Shown here: positions 1 through 13,184 of the stretch, piece after piece | Layout: every line of letters starts with the position of its first letter | How positions within the stretch are numbered: the stretch's first letter is position 1 | From: Eledone cirrhosa | Lineage: Eukaryota | Direction of reading: 5' to 3' | Length of the DNA: 64,000 bases | Assembly (NCBI GenBank): GCA_964016885.1 | Contig: OZ024742.1 | Location: forward strand, 60,202,001 to 60,266,000 | Notes under the pieces: generated by a model | The model's input: the letters and a program-made list of their open reading frames with translations, nothing else | Told to the model about the DNA's origin: nothing | The model's database searches: none | Translations under genes and position numbers: made by a program

Positions 1-140
1 TATAAAACAATACAACCAGGTATCCACGAAATACAGATTAGTTAGCACCCCAAACACTAAATTGTGAAAATACTTAGGTATATCCTAATGTTTGTTGAGT
101 GAGATGGAGTTGGTCAGAGTATCGCCTACGGATTTCGCTG
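1..140 (-). mobile_element. Fragment of a repeat family also present at 13366-13534 and 14010-14178 (probable PLE terminal repeat tail)
   Basis: The reverse complement (GCGATACTCTGACCAACTCCATCTCACTCAACAAACATTAGG...TGTTTGGGGTGCTAACTAA) aligns by eye to 13391-13480. It abuts a (TA)n tract. Confidence 0.65.
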
Positions 141-151
141 TTAATGTGTTG

Positions 152-184
<33 letters not shown>

Positions 185-252
185 TATATATATATATAAT
201 ATATATGTATATATATATATATTCATATATATACGTAGAGAGATGGGACAGA

Positions 253-331
<79 letters not shown>
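152..331. repeat. (TA)n followed by (GA)n microsatellites
   Basis: Directly visible. Confidence 0.95.
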
Positions 332-334
<3 letters not shown>

Positions 335-1630
335 AAAGTGCGTGATATTATCACAGTATTCCCGTACAAGTAATTAAAATAGCATATTTACATAACCATG
401 TGATTATAAAAAGTTTCATAAAGAGTTGTTTTATAGGAGATTGGTTAGTTCTCAGAAACCTGTATTCACATGCTTTTCTGTTTTTTGCTGTTTGAATTAA
501 CAATTAATCTTGGCGTGTGAAAGCAGACATTATCTTAATGGTTTAGAACTTTCCTTCTAAAGAACAAAATGTCCCAAACTGAAAGCATCTGAATATTACG
601 GCACAAGGCAGCCCAGATTTGGAGAAAGTAATTAAATAGTCGAAAACGGTTTGAAAGCCGGCCAGAGTAAATCTACTCATTATAGAAAGGTCAGGTATTG
701 CCACATTCTGTATAAAAAAATCTCCCTAATAATTATGTTAAGAGTACGCAGATCTGTGAAATACTGAGTGATTTACACCAACAAAAATGATATGGAATTT
801 AACTTTTTATTCAAAGTAACGTCTTTATTACGCATTGTGCCACTATGCATCTTCGCGTCATTAAAATATTACAAGTCTAATAGTGTGATTGATTCTTTCT
901 CAATCTCTCTTTATGAAGTCATCTTCACCACTTCCTGTCGCACGTTTCTTCTTTCCTTGGAAGAATTTGTGTGTGTTCAGACATGAAGTGGGATGGGCTT
1001 CCTCAAGTTTGAATAGTGTCTTCGATAGGCAATGTGTCATGATGGTAGCCCTAAAATTCCCCAATAACCTACAGTAATTCCGCTATAATTTGTAGCGCCT
1101 TCCACCTATTAATTTATACATATATTAATGACAGTGCATGTAGATCGCAGCATTAGCTGAAAGAAATGGAAGCTCTGGGTTCAAATCGCAATGAATCATC
1201 TTCCACCTTAATCTAAGGAGTACATAGCTTTCTTGTTCTAACAACTACAAAATTTGTATTCCGAACATAGTCCCTCACCATAATCCAACTTACTTCTGTC
1301 ATAATTGTAAAAAAAAGAATTTAAAGCGATATCAGCAACTAAGTAGCCTTTATCTGGGTTATTTAGTCATATATACCTTTGAGCCTATAAAGTATATCTC
1401 AGAGTCTTTAATACTGAAGCTTTACCGATTGATGATCTCTTATTATAGGATGCAAAATTTGACCGGAGTATACATTTCTTGGAGCTTATAAGTTTCTTTT
1501 TCTTTCATTATGTTTCATTTTATGTATATATATCTATATCTATATAAAACGAAGGTAGTGTGGTAAGGAAGCAGGTGGACCATAACACACCAGAGTACTC
1601 GATACTTTAGGTAGTAGAGTGGGTAATAGG

Positions 1631-1743
1631 GAAAGAGTCAGATCCCGACGGCGGAGCACAAGCCGTTTCGACAGCTATTTCTGGACTATCCAGTAATAGC
1701 TGTCGAAACGGCTTGAGCTCCGCCGTCGGGTCTGACCCTTTTC
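1631..1743. repeat. Near-perfect fold-back palindrome (~55-bp arms, 3-nt loop); each arm holds the 3' half of a hammerhead
   Basis: GAAAGAGTCAGATCCCGACGGCGGAGCACAAGCCGTTTCGACAGCTATTTCTGGA-cta-TCCAGTAATAGCTGTCGAAACGGCTTGAGCTCCGCCGTCGGGTCTGACCCTTTTC. The arm contains GAA-ACGGC-loop-GCCGT-C. Confidence 0.85.
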
Positions 1744-1753
1744 ATATATATAT

Positions 1754-1834
1754 ATGTTGACATACCCGCAGAAAAACAACCTTGACGGTTGAAGGTTCTA
1801 CCGTCAAGGTTGTTTTTCCGCGGTATGTCAACAT
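1754..1834. repeat. Second fold-back palindrome (~35-bp arms, ~10-nt loop)
   Basis: ATGTTGACATACCCGCAGAAAAACAACCTTGACGGT / ACCGTCAAGGTTGTTTTTCCGCGGTATGTCAACAT. Confidence 0.9.
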
Positions 1835-2046
1835 TTATAAAACAAATTTTGAATTTATCTGATGAAAGCGCACCAAACTTTGCCTTGGTTGCCCTCTAAA
1901 TATATATAATAAAATAATTATGGTTTTATAAATATACTTTCCATTTATTAATATATTGAATATTTACTCCAGTATACTGTTGAGTGCTTCATATCAGTTA
2001 TAAAACTTTTAAGCTTGTTGAATCCCAACAAATCAAATATCTCTTT

Positions 2047-2079
<33 letters not shown>

Positions 2080-2282
2080 CGTTTCTGAATTTGTTTAGCA
2101 AGATTCTTTATCTGAAAACGTGTGTTGAAACCGATATTGTTATACTTTGGAAGGGTCATGTTGCCAATAAGAAACACACGCACCAGGTGATAAAATTCAA
2201 TTTATTATAATATATTTATAAATTTAGGAATTTATAAATTTCTGGTTGGTTGGTTCCACAACCAGATGATTGTTTATATATT

Positions 2283-2325
2283 GTCAAAGTTCTTTCGTCA
2301 CACATTCTGTGACCTCTTCAGTGAC
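2283..2325 (-). ncRNA. Minimal type I hammerhead ribozyme motif (left arm)
   Basis: Minus strand: GTCA-CTGAAGA-G-GTCACA gaatg TGTGAC-GAA-AG aa CT-T-TGAC (helix I GTCA/TGAC). Confidence 0.7.
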
Positions 2326-2438
2326 TAGGGATTCTTTTCTTTGTTTTTGTGCCTCTCCTTTGTGCTGTCCTACGCCATCTTGTTTTGGGCGTAAGGCAGA
2401 ACAAAGGAGATGCACAAAAACAAAGAAAAGAATGCCCA

Positions 2439-2481
2439 GTCACTGAAGAGGTCACATAATGTGTGACGAAACAACTTTGAC
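2439..2481 (+). ncRNA. Minimal type I hammerhead ribozyme motif (right arm)
   Basis: GTCA-CTGAAGA-G-GTCACAT aat GTGTGAC-GAA-A caac T-T-TGAC. Confidence 0.65.
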
Positions 2482-2607
2482 AATATATAAACAATCATCT
2501 GGTTGTGGAACCAACCAACCAGAAATTTATAAATTTATTATAGTAAATTGAAGTGAAAGCATCTGGTGCGTGTGTTTCTTATTGGCAACATGACCCTCCC
2601 AAAGTAT

Positions 2608-2850
<243 letters not shown>

Positions 2851-3746
2851 CGAAGTGGGTCACAAAAGTTCAAGGATTGATGTCACAAAAGATTTATTTC
2901 AAACTGAAACTTCACACTAAGAGTTTTCTCCGTCAAAGTAATCCCCCTGGAGTCTAATGCACTTTTCCATACTTTTCTGCCACGCTTGCATGCATTCCTG
3001 GAAGGATTCTTCCGGGATCCTCCGCAGTTCCGTCTTCACGGCCTATTTGATGTGGTCCACGTCTTCAAAGCGGGTCCCCTCCGTGTCGTACTCGAAGATC
3101 CATGACTCATCACCGGTGATGACTGTCCCTAGCAAGTCTGGTTCGGTTTCAAGACGCTCGAGGATGTTCTGGCACACTTGCATGCGTCGACCTTTCTGCT
3201 CATCGTTCAGCGGTTTGGGCACCATCTTCGCGCAGACTCTCCGCATGTCCAAATCTTCATTGAGAATCTTCCAGACGCTGTCCCGATTCATGCCCAGCTC
3301 ATTTGCTATTAGTCGAACAGTCAGCCGACGATTGCTACGCACCATCTGCCTGACCAACTCAACGTTGACCACAGTCCTGGTTGTTGACGGCCTTCCACTC
3401 CTGGGGTCATCTTCCACTACCTCGCCTCCTTCTTTAAACCTCTTGCACCACTCAAAAAACACGCGAGCGTGACATCGTCTCATCTCCATACACTTGCTGC
3501 AGCAATCCCAGTGCTTCTGACGGAGTTTTCAAGTTTGTTCGTTGCTCTGTGCTCATTGCTTGACGACCTGAAACAGTGGACATGTATATATAATTATGAG
3601 GAAAAAAGTTTGATCGCTGTAGAGAGCTAAGATTACAGTTACATACTCCAGGGGGATTACTTTGAAGGAGAAAACTCTTAGCGTGAAGTTTGGGTTTGAA
3701 ATAAATCTTTTGTGATATCAATCCTGGAACTTTTCTGACACACCTC

Positions 3747-3747
<1 letters not shown>
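2851..3747 (-). mobile_element. Mariner (Tc1/mariner) DNA transposon, internally deleted, with ~100-bp imperfect TIRs, inserted in TA
   Basis: TIRs 2851-2953 and 3645-3747 (CGAAGTGGGTCACAAAAGTTC... / ...GAACTTTTCTGACACACCTCG) with TA on both sides; transposase ORF remnant inside. Confidence 0.92.
2960..3556 (-). pseudogene. Mariner transposase pseudogene (frameshifted, most of the catalytic domain deleted)
   Basis: MSTEQRTNLK..., VFEWCKRFKEG, DDPRSGRPST, VCAKMVPKPL (WVPHEL-like), VITGDESWIFEYD, then a jump to the C-terminal GTRFEDVDHIK. Confidence 0.9.
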
Positions 3748-3793
<46 letters not shown>

Positions 3794-5214
3794 AATGTGT
3801 GTGTGTGTGGCTGTGTTCATACATCTGTTTCTTACCCAAAGCAATTTTATCAAATGGCTATATGATAAATACGGCATTTGACGCTGTACCAAAGCAAATT
3901 ATTGAACCAGATGTTACGAAACTGGATCTACGTGACTTGTATCTTTATTTGGAAATGTATATTATGTTTCATTAAAATGTGTTTCCATTGACAAGACGTT
4001 GGGTTTTAAACCCGTTATCTTCACTGATGTTACATTTTCATGAGGTACATAAAATACTAATGGTAAGTACCATATTAAATAGGCTGATAATCTGCACATT
4101 GATTAGGACGTCGGATTAAATGCTTTGGCATTTTTTCCGGCTCATTCATCCATTGGAGGTTGTTAAAAATACTACCAGCCTAGTATTGTCTTCGATTTTC
4201 CATCTATCTCTATTTAACTCTTAATATATCGTTTTTTGTTAAAACTTTCTCTCTTTTGTTCTTTCGTTCCTTGGCTATCTTCAGATCTGGATTGAGATGA
4301 GCGCTGTCAAGTTTTAATAGTGCCCACGACAGGTCATATATCATGTTGGTGTCCTTAAGGTTATATTAGAAATTAACAGCCCATATCTCATAGCAATTGC
4401 TCCTTAGTTTGTAGCAATTTCACCTACCCATTTGTAGCGCAAAGTTAATGAGGAAGCCCTTAATGTGTTGCATTAACTGGCTGGAAAGGGAATTATATTT
4501 TCTTCGAATTTCAACTTAGTGAATTGGAAGTGTCGTTAAAATGGTGACAAAATGTTTTTTTTTAGTTTTCCTTTCAGTTCTTTCAAGCTGCAATAAAGTC
4601 AACTTTGCATTTCGTTCATTTGTGGTTCACAATATAAAGTAGTAATTGGCGGAAATGTTATAGCGAGTCAAAATGCTTCCTGGGATTTGACCCTAATCTT
4701 TTAGATGTGAATGAAAATCATTTAACAACCTATGTCGATGCTATACGTAATCTGTCGCCCGGTTTAAAACAAGCACCTGGAAATTTATCATTTATCTGCA
4801 TAACCAAAGTTGAATCTGAAGCTAAGCAGAAGCATCGTACTTAACGGAATTTTCTCGGTTTTTTGTAATATTGTTTCTATAGACAAAATGTTAATTTTGG
4901 AACCATAATTTCAGAAATATTTTTTCTATTGTTTAGTCGGAGAGGGACAAGCGGCGACTATGTCATATATCAAGGCTTTGTGACTCGTGAAAGCAAGAAA
5001 GAAAGGAAGGTATCCACAAAATAGAGACATGGTCCGAATGCTTGGAACAGTATTTGACTAGTACTTGACTTTAACAACTTCTGTATGTTTTATGCGTGAT
5101 ATATAAAATCGCACACCTTCTACTAAATATAGGGCTAAACTTAAAGAAATAGGTTTTACTATCACAGTCAGTTGACCTTGCTTGCATGTGTTTTCGTCAC
5201 AGATAATGCTTTCT

Positions 5215-5405
5215 CTTTTTAGCACAAGGCCAGCAATTTGAAAGTAAAGGTAAAGTCTATTATATCGACCTCGTCTATTTTATTGACCTCGTAAGTATGA
5301 ACGTCAAAGCTAACCTCGGCTCGATTTGCACAGAACTTAATGAGACGTAACTATATTCCGCAAATTATTTTGTCCGATGCTCCACCGATACTGCTAATCC
5401 ACGTC
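5215..5405 (-). mobile_element. Diverged tRNA-derived SINE (same family as 35428-35610)
   Basis: GCACAAGGCCAGCAAT...TTTATTGACCTCGTAAGTATGAACGTCAAAGCTAACCTCGGC...CCGATACTGCTAATCCAC. Confidence 0.7.
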
Positions 5406-6878
5406 CCATCTTTTTCCCCACTAATAATACATTTCATTACTTATTGAGGCAATATACCAATAACACAGAATAGTGTTATATTACTCTAAATAATGGAGTG
5501 GGCAAATTTCAGTCAATTATACTTAACGTTACTTCGAGAAGAATACCACATATTCTCAATAGCAAATCTATTTCAGATGAGGCGAAAGTTAAAGCGTTTC
5601 AACAAATTTTAATTAAACGTATAATTGTGCATGCAATGAGGAGATGAGAAATTGAATTCGTGGATTTATATAATCTCCATCTGATAAATAGTATGAATCG
5701 TGATATCTAAATGTATTTAGGTCTTATTAAACTTCTTCAGTCGGGTTTAGCTGTTTCCTGCATGTACCAGATATTACGATAGAAAAATCAGTTTTAACAT
5801 TTATCAAATATGTCCACTAGTTAGCATAACAACCCATCGGAATAACTGAAGGGAGTTGTCCAGGGACGGCCTCTGCATGAACTACAATAATTGAGTGATA
5901 ACATATTTAGCCTTGTCAGCAAAGAGTATTATTTTACTTAATCGATCTCTTTTGGCACTGGAACGATGCAATATATAGTTGATCCTAGAGAGATGTGATC
6001 TCAATATCGCATGCTATAAATATATATGACTAGATGCAATAAGACATTTATTCCAACGCTTTATAGATACTGATAGCACCATCCCCTCAAACGGAATCAT
6101 AAAAACTGATTCTTAAATATGCTTAAGTAATGATTTCTAAGCTCAATGGTTTATGATAATAACAATACTATTTGCATTATAAGCATTTACATTTGAACCA
6201 TTATAAGAGTATTTGCTATCACTATGATATTATCGATTTCCACTAACTTGGATTATAAGAATCAAACATATCTGCATGATTATTAAATACATTAATAGCA
6301 CAATCAGATTAAAGCAAGAGATTGACATGAAAGCTTTAAGATATAAATATTATGCAACGTTCATATCTGAAACCTAGACCAATGAATATACAAATATAAT
6401 AAATACTAAAGTAAGTTATCTTTTCGAATTTATTTTGTTATATATTTTCTTAATATTACGATTGTCGCGTTATCCTCTCAAAACTCTGAATTGCTAGATC
6501 CATACTAGTAACATCTGTTAATTCCTTTCCATCATTAATTTAACTTTGGTCAGGATTCAGAGATTACAAACTAAAATTACTTTTAGAGGATGAATGTCAT
6601 TCATCTTACATTCATTTCCTAGTTGCTGCAAATATAGACACGAAGTTGCCGGATAGATAATATATTTGAACATAGAACCCAGGGAATAGAAACAAATACC
6701 AAGCTATTTTTTCAGGCCCGTCAACTTCTCTTTCTGATTAAGAAATGGTGGACTGGTGTAATTATACAAATCTTATTTAAACAAAAAAATATATATATAT
6801 ATATCAGGAGTATCGATTATTGAGAACGTTGCTTAATAGAAATAATCGTATGTTGAAATAGATAATTAATATTTGGAT

Positions 6879-8117
6879 CACTTAATATTAGGTAAACAGG
6901 GTTCACAAAACGGTATGCTGTGAACACTTAATATTAGGTAAACAGGGTTCACAAAACGGTATGCTGTGAACACTTAATATTAGGTAAACTGGGTTCACAA
7001 AACGGTATGCTGTGAACACTTAATATTAGGTAAACTGTGTTCACAAAACGGTATGCTGTGAACACTTAATATTAGGTAAACAGGGTTCACAAAACGGTAT
7101 GCTGTGAACACTTAATATTAGGTAAACTGGGTTCACAAAACGGTATGCTGTGAACACTTAATATTAGGTAAACTGGGTTCACAAAACGGTATGCTGTGAA
7201 CACTTAATATTAGGTAAACTGGGTTCACAAAACGGTATGCTGTGAACACTTAATATTAGGTAAACTGGGTTCACAAAACGGTATGCTGTGAACACTTAAT
7301 ATTAGGTAAACTTGGTTCACAAAACGGTATGCTGTGAACACTTAATATTAGGTAAACTGGGTTCACAAAACGGTATGCTGTGAACACTTAATATTAGGTA
7401 AACTGGGTTCACAAAACGGTATGCTGTGAACACTTAATATTAGGTAAACAGGGTTCACAAAACGGTATGCTGTGAACACTTATTAGGTAAACTGGGTTCA
7501 CAAAACGGTATGCTGTGAACACTTAATATTAGGTAAACTGGGTTCACAAAACGGTATGCTGTGAACACTTAATATTAGGTAAACTGGGTTCACAAAACGG
7601 TATGCTGTGAACACTTAATATTAGGTAAACTGGGTTCACAAAACGGTATGCTGTGAACACTTAATATTAGGTAAACTGGGTTCACAAAACGATATGCTGT
7701 GAACACTTAATATTAGGTAAACTGGGTTCACAAAACGGTATGCTGTGAACACTTAATATTAGGTAAACTGGGTTCACAAAACGGTATGCTGTGAACACTT
7801 AATATTAGGTAAACTGGGTTCACAAAACGGTATGCTGTGAACACTTAATATTAGGTAAACTGGGTTCACAAAACGGTATGCTGTGAACACTTAATATTAG
7901 GTAAACAGGGTTCACAAAACGGTATGCTGTGAACACTTAATATTAGGTAAACAGGGTTCACAAAACGGTATGCTGTGAACACTTAATATTAGGTAAACTG
8001 GGTTCACAAAACGGTATGCTGTGAACACTTAATATTAGGTAAACAGGGTTCACAAAACGGTATGCTGTGAACACTTAATATTAGGTAAACTGGGTTCACA
8101 AAACGGTATGCTGTGAA
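6879..8117. repeat. Minisatellite, 27 near-identical copies of a 46-bp unit
   Basis: Unit CACTTAATATTAGGTAAAC(T/A)GGGTTCACAAAACGGTATGCTGTGAA. The span of 1239 bp equals 27x46 minus one 3-bp deletion (~7481). Confidence 0.97.
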
Positions 8118-10181
8118 CTACTGTTTGGCCATTGGAACCATGTTTTATGCAGCGCCGTGGTTGAAATATGAATGCAATTAAAGAAACATATACGATTCCT
8201 TAAAACATTATGTTTATTTTAAATTTGACTGAATTTTTATACTGAATGCATGGGAAGGCGAATTGGAAGAATCGGTAGATAGAGTATCGTTTTAATGCCA
8301 TTACGCTATTTTCTCTGGCTTATTCCATTCTGAATTCAAACCCTGTCGAGGACATATTTGCCTGTCATGATTCCGGGGACAATAAAATATAGCACTAGGA
8401 AATTAAGGGGGATGATTTACTCAAATTCGCCCTACCCTTAGAAATCAAATTTTAGAATGCAGTCATAATATCCCCGTTTTCACCGTTTCATCAAGGACGG
8501 AATAGCTGTGACACTGTCACTCATTCATGCCTGCGGGACTGAGGAGAGGAAGGTATTCTTACATCTAACTTACGTCCTTGCAATAAAGAATTCCATTGAA
8601 AAAATGAACTAGATGATTCTCAACTATATGCAGGTCAAAGTTTGATTTGAACTTAGAGGGCAAAGGGCTAAAAAAAATAAGGTAAAATAGCTCGGCCGAC
8701 GTTCTAATAATTCCGTCAATCCACAGGATTTTACTTTATTTATCAACCAATATAATGAAAGGCAATGTTAAAACAAGTGGAATTTGAACACAGTTTGAAA
8801 AATAAGGGAACAAATGCCACATGCCATTTTGTCTGTCGTTTTAATGAGTCAGCCGATTAAACACCCCAGAAAATAAAATAGTTTTGAGATATAATACTGT
8901 ATCATTCACTCATCACTTAACTTCCGTATTGTTTCTTTATTTTGTTTTTATGGTAACCTATATATTATATTGTATGAATATGAAGGTTTCTTTTCAGATA
9001 GTTACATTGAATATTTATTACATTGAATATTTATTATTAAATGAATTTTAATATCCATTCTATGCTTTACATTGAATAATATTGACTATTACATCCGAAG
9101 AGTATAAAATGAAAAATATGTTTAGAATAAGGCCATTCAGCTACCGGAAGTGAAATAAATAACAAGAGGTGAGATTTGTTAAATGGATGACAGAACAGCA
9201 CTACATGAACGAAAGGAGAAAAATGAGTTTCATTCTGAATCAGGGAATAAACCTACGAAATTACCCGTCGCCATTATTGACTATGATGTGCATTTGGATG
9301 TTGTTGGGAGACTTTAAATGACTACATCGTAGAATATTTCTACTGCACAAGTATATGGATGCCAGCCTAACTATACAAATCTCACCAGTATGAATGATGA
9401 TTTCCCCGATGAACAAAACATTTAAATTTTCTTTAGCGTGTCTCGATAGACTACAACCATACATTTCGACAGCTGGTATAGAAATGGTGGCATATTTGTA
9501 GAAAAGAAATATAATGTCAAATATAAGAAAGAACTAAAGTCTATTCAGAATCAAGAAATGCATGTACCAATTCGTTGCCATCATTAATAATGATCTACCC
9601 TTTGGTTGGTAGTCGGAAATGGTACCTGCCTATGACGGAGAATATTTCTCCCGCACGTAATATGTCATTGCCATCCCACGCAAGCGAAACGTCATCAGCA
9701 TAAAGGAGAATTTCACTGGTGTACAAGCACATTCAAATTTTCTTCACGGTAGTATAATACCATACTTTGTGATAGTGTGTAGATAAATAATGGCAGATTT
9801 TATAAAAGGGACATAAGAATTTTAAACATAATTTTTACTTCAGAAACAACAATGAGAAAGCAAAACTATTCAGCACGATATATAATAGTAATATATTGTA
9901 GTAAAGTAAATAGCGAAATGGTATGACAGATTTACAGAAAGAGGTGTATAATGTCAATTGCATTTTTGCCATGTGTTACATCCAATCTATTCCGGATAGA
10001 TTTGAATTATATATTTTATTTCGTCTCCTAATATACTTCTTTCTCTCCCCTGATTAATATTTCGTATACATTTAACAGCCCGTTTAGATACATATTACAT
10101 AAACATATGTTTCATTCAGCAGAAACTTCTTAGATGAATACAAATCAATTCCTGAGTACAATCATTTAAAATAGCGCCTAC

Positions 10182-10222
<41 letters not shown>

Positions 10223-10352
10223 ATATATATATCTATATGTATATATATATACATATACATATATATATATATATATAGGATGTATGTTTGGAACGCCCCG
10301 GGTGACATCAAGAATTGTAATAGAAATAGAAGCCTCGTTTACTAAATAATCG

Positions 10353-10536
10353 TTTCTACTTTTGGCACAAGGCCAGCAATTATACCGGTGCATTACTGGT
10401 ACTTTATTTTATCGACCCCGTAAGGATGAAAGGCAAAGTTAACCTCGGCTGGATTTGAACTCAGACCGCAAAGGGACATAACTATGCTGGAAATCATGGC
10501 GTCCGACCTTCCACCGATACTGCCAATCCACCGCCC
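10353..10536 (-). mobile_element. tRNA-derived SINE, near full length
   Basis: Minus strand has an A-box-like TGGCAGTATCGG, a B-box GAGTTCAAATCC and the core GCCTTTCATCCTTACGGGGTCGATAAAATAAAGTACCAG. Confidence 0.88.
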
Positions 10537-10586
10537 TTTTTTACCAAATGATATAATCTATGTATATACCAGCTTATATATAATTG

Positions 10587-10698
10587 TTTCTACAATAGGC
10601 ACAAGGCCAGCAATTATCCCAGTGTATTACTGGTACTTTATTTTATCGACCCCCGTTAGGATGAAAGGCAAAGTTAACCTCGACGGGATTTGAACTCA
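10587..10698 (-). mobile_element. 5'-truncated copy of the same SINE
   Basis: Core and tail match 10353-10465. Confidence 0.85.
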
Positions 10699-11779
10699 AT
10701 AATGTGAGTGCGTGTGAGTCTGTGTGTGTGTGTCGCGTATGTTTCTATTTTAATCATTTGAATTCTTCAGCAAGAAGCTGTTTTTTTAACGAAGACGCAA
10801 ATCTCAATCTTTGGAAATAAGAGAACAAGGCTGGTGGCTATCGCGTGTTGAACATTAGTAAAATCTTACATATTTTTTACACATCTACTTAGATTTTGTA
10901 TTTTCAAGTTGCGTGTTATGTTGTCTGAGAATCCTGTGGAAGCTCTTTGTAATGGTAATTTTTTATTGCCCTAAAACTGATGAAATATTTGCTTTGACGG
11001 GATCTCAGAGACCCGGAATTAATAACACAAGGTATTTAATCTAAAACATATTCCAATATTTAAGATAGGCTCACAGCACGACATAAGGAGAAGGTGTGCA
11101 GTCGATTATACCAACCCTAACACTTCATTAGAGCGTTTTTGTTTCAACACATATGCTGGCCTCAATACAATTTGGAAGTAGAGCACAGAGGGCTTTAATC
11201 TGACGTTCTATCGACTCTAACATGTCTCCTCAATAATATATCATACAGACACAGCCAAAGAGATTTGGGCCTAGGATGAATCATTAAATCCGACCACAGT
11301 CATGAACTGCTACTTTATTCATCATTTCTGAGGGATGAAAATGAAAGCTGACGGTAGCAGAAGTTGAGCTCTTAACGTCTCTCCCATTTCGCCAACAGAG
11401 TAATAACTCCACATAAGAGCGAGAAACCAATATCAATGTTACAAATCATAATGGAAAGGAACCTAGCAACAATGTTATGTGGGAAGGAGAGAACAGTGTA
11501 ATTACTAAGTCAGACCATCTGTCACGTTGTTTAATTAATATGAGATTTGTGCTCTATCTTATCTAACTAGAAATAAATTTAAATAGAAGCCAAGAATCAT
11601 CGTAATAAATGTATTTTTCATTTTGGATGAGAAAATGGGGACGATACATTTGTGTATGTTTAAGACAGAGAGGGGGAGAGAAAGCCTCTTTGTGTGTGTG
11701 AGTACGCTTGTGTGCGTCTGTGCATGAATACACACACACACAAATGTGTTTATACATGCATAAATATATATATATACAT

Positions 11780-11814
<35 letters not shown>

Positions 11815-11994
11815 ATTGTGTATATATATATACATGCATATATATACATTCATAAATATATATAGTCACACACACACACACACACACACATGTATATATA
11901 TATAAATTTGTGTGCCTGTGTTTATTTATATAAGTAGAGACTGATAGTTTTTATTGAAACATGATTTAGAAATAACTATTGTATGGATAACAAA

Positions 11995-12113
<119 letters not shown>

Positions 12114-12506
12114 AAAAAGAAATGGTGGATAATATCTAGAACAATATATGGAATCCTGAGATGTGGTGTTAAAGAGGAATATAATCTTCTATATGTACAT
12201 CGTACAATAATATTGCCTGTACAACAATATCAATATACGAAAATATTGTTTTTTGTTGAATGTGTGTGAAGATGACAAGCAAATCAACATATCTTGTGTC
12301 TAATATCTTTGTAAATATAGCTGTCGAAGTATCACTGATATCACCACGTCAAATTCTCTTTTGTTTTCTATCTTTACAATTTTGTTCAAGACACTTTTTT
12401 TTTGTTTAATTTGTATATGTTAGTAATTCTATGTTTAATGTATGAGAGGAAAACAGACTTGAGCAGGATCTACAAATCGACATTGATTATATATACATAT
12501 ATATAC

Positions 12507-12580
<74 letters not shown>

Positions 12581-12634
12581 CGTATGTATGCATATATATA
12601 TATATGTATATATATATTTATATAAACGTATGTA

Positions 12635-12675
<41 letters not shown>

Positions 12676-12755
12676 ATAAATTAACGGAGCCTTAGACTCT
12701 CGTTATTCCCTGTCAATAATGTGCTCAAAGGAAAAGGAATCCTGAGCTCTTTAAA

Positions 12756-13005
12756 ATACAATATGTTGAAAAGGTGACACACTAGAGAGAGATAGTGCGC
12801 CATCAATAAAACAGGGAAAAACCACCTGTGTATGGAATCTATAACCTATGAAAGGCAGGGTAGCCACACAATAATTAAAAATATAAATTAAAATGTATAT
12901 AGGTACATCTATAACTAGGTAAAATGTTCAATACACTGGTAGTTTTTCCCTGTTTTATTGATGGCGCACTATCTCTCTCTAGTGTGTTACCTTTTCAAAA
13001 TATTG

Positions 13006-13007
<2 letters not shown>
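12756..13007. repeat. Inverted repeat (~78-bp arms, ~95-bp spacer) next to (TA)n
   Basis: ATACAATATGTTGAAAAGGTGACACACTAGAGAGAGATAGTGCGCCATCAATAAAACAGGGAAAAACCACCTGTGTAT versus its reverse complement at 12931-13007. Confidence 0.88.
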
Positions 13008-13055
<48 letters not shown>

Positions 13056-13184
13056 TATATACATATCTATGTATATATATATATGTATATATATACTCTT
13101 TTACCTGTTTCAGCCATCTGGCTGAGGCCATGCTGGGATATACATATCTATGTATATATACCTTTCTTTTCCACACCAATTCGA

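Noticed and set aside
1859-1900. CTGATGA hammerhead core
   Set aside because: No helix II or downstream GAAA was found.
2957-3472. 171-aa + strand ORF
   Set aside because: It is the antisense shadow of the mariner transposase.
6879-8117. CRISPR array (regular repeats with a hairpin)
   Set aside because: The units are contiguous and near-identical with no unique spacers. There are no cas genes and the context is eukaryotic.
9260-9780. Host exon in unique sequence
   Set aside because: Only short open frames, with no recognisable protein or clear splice pair.
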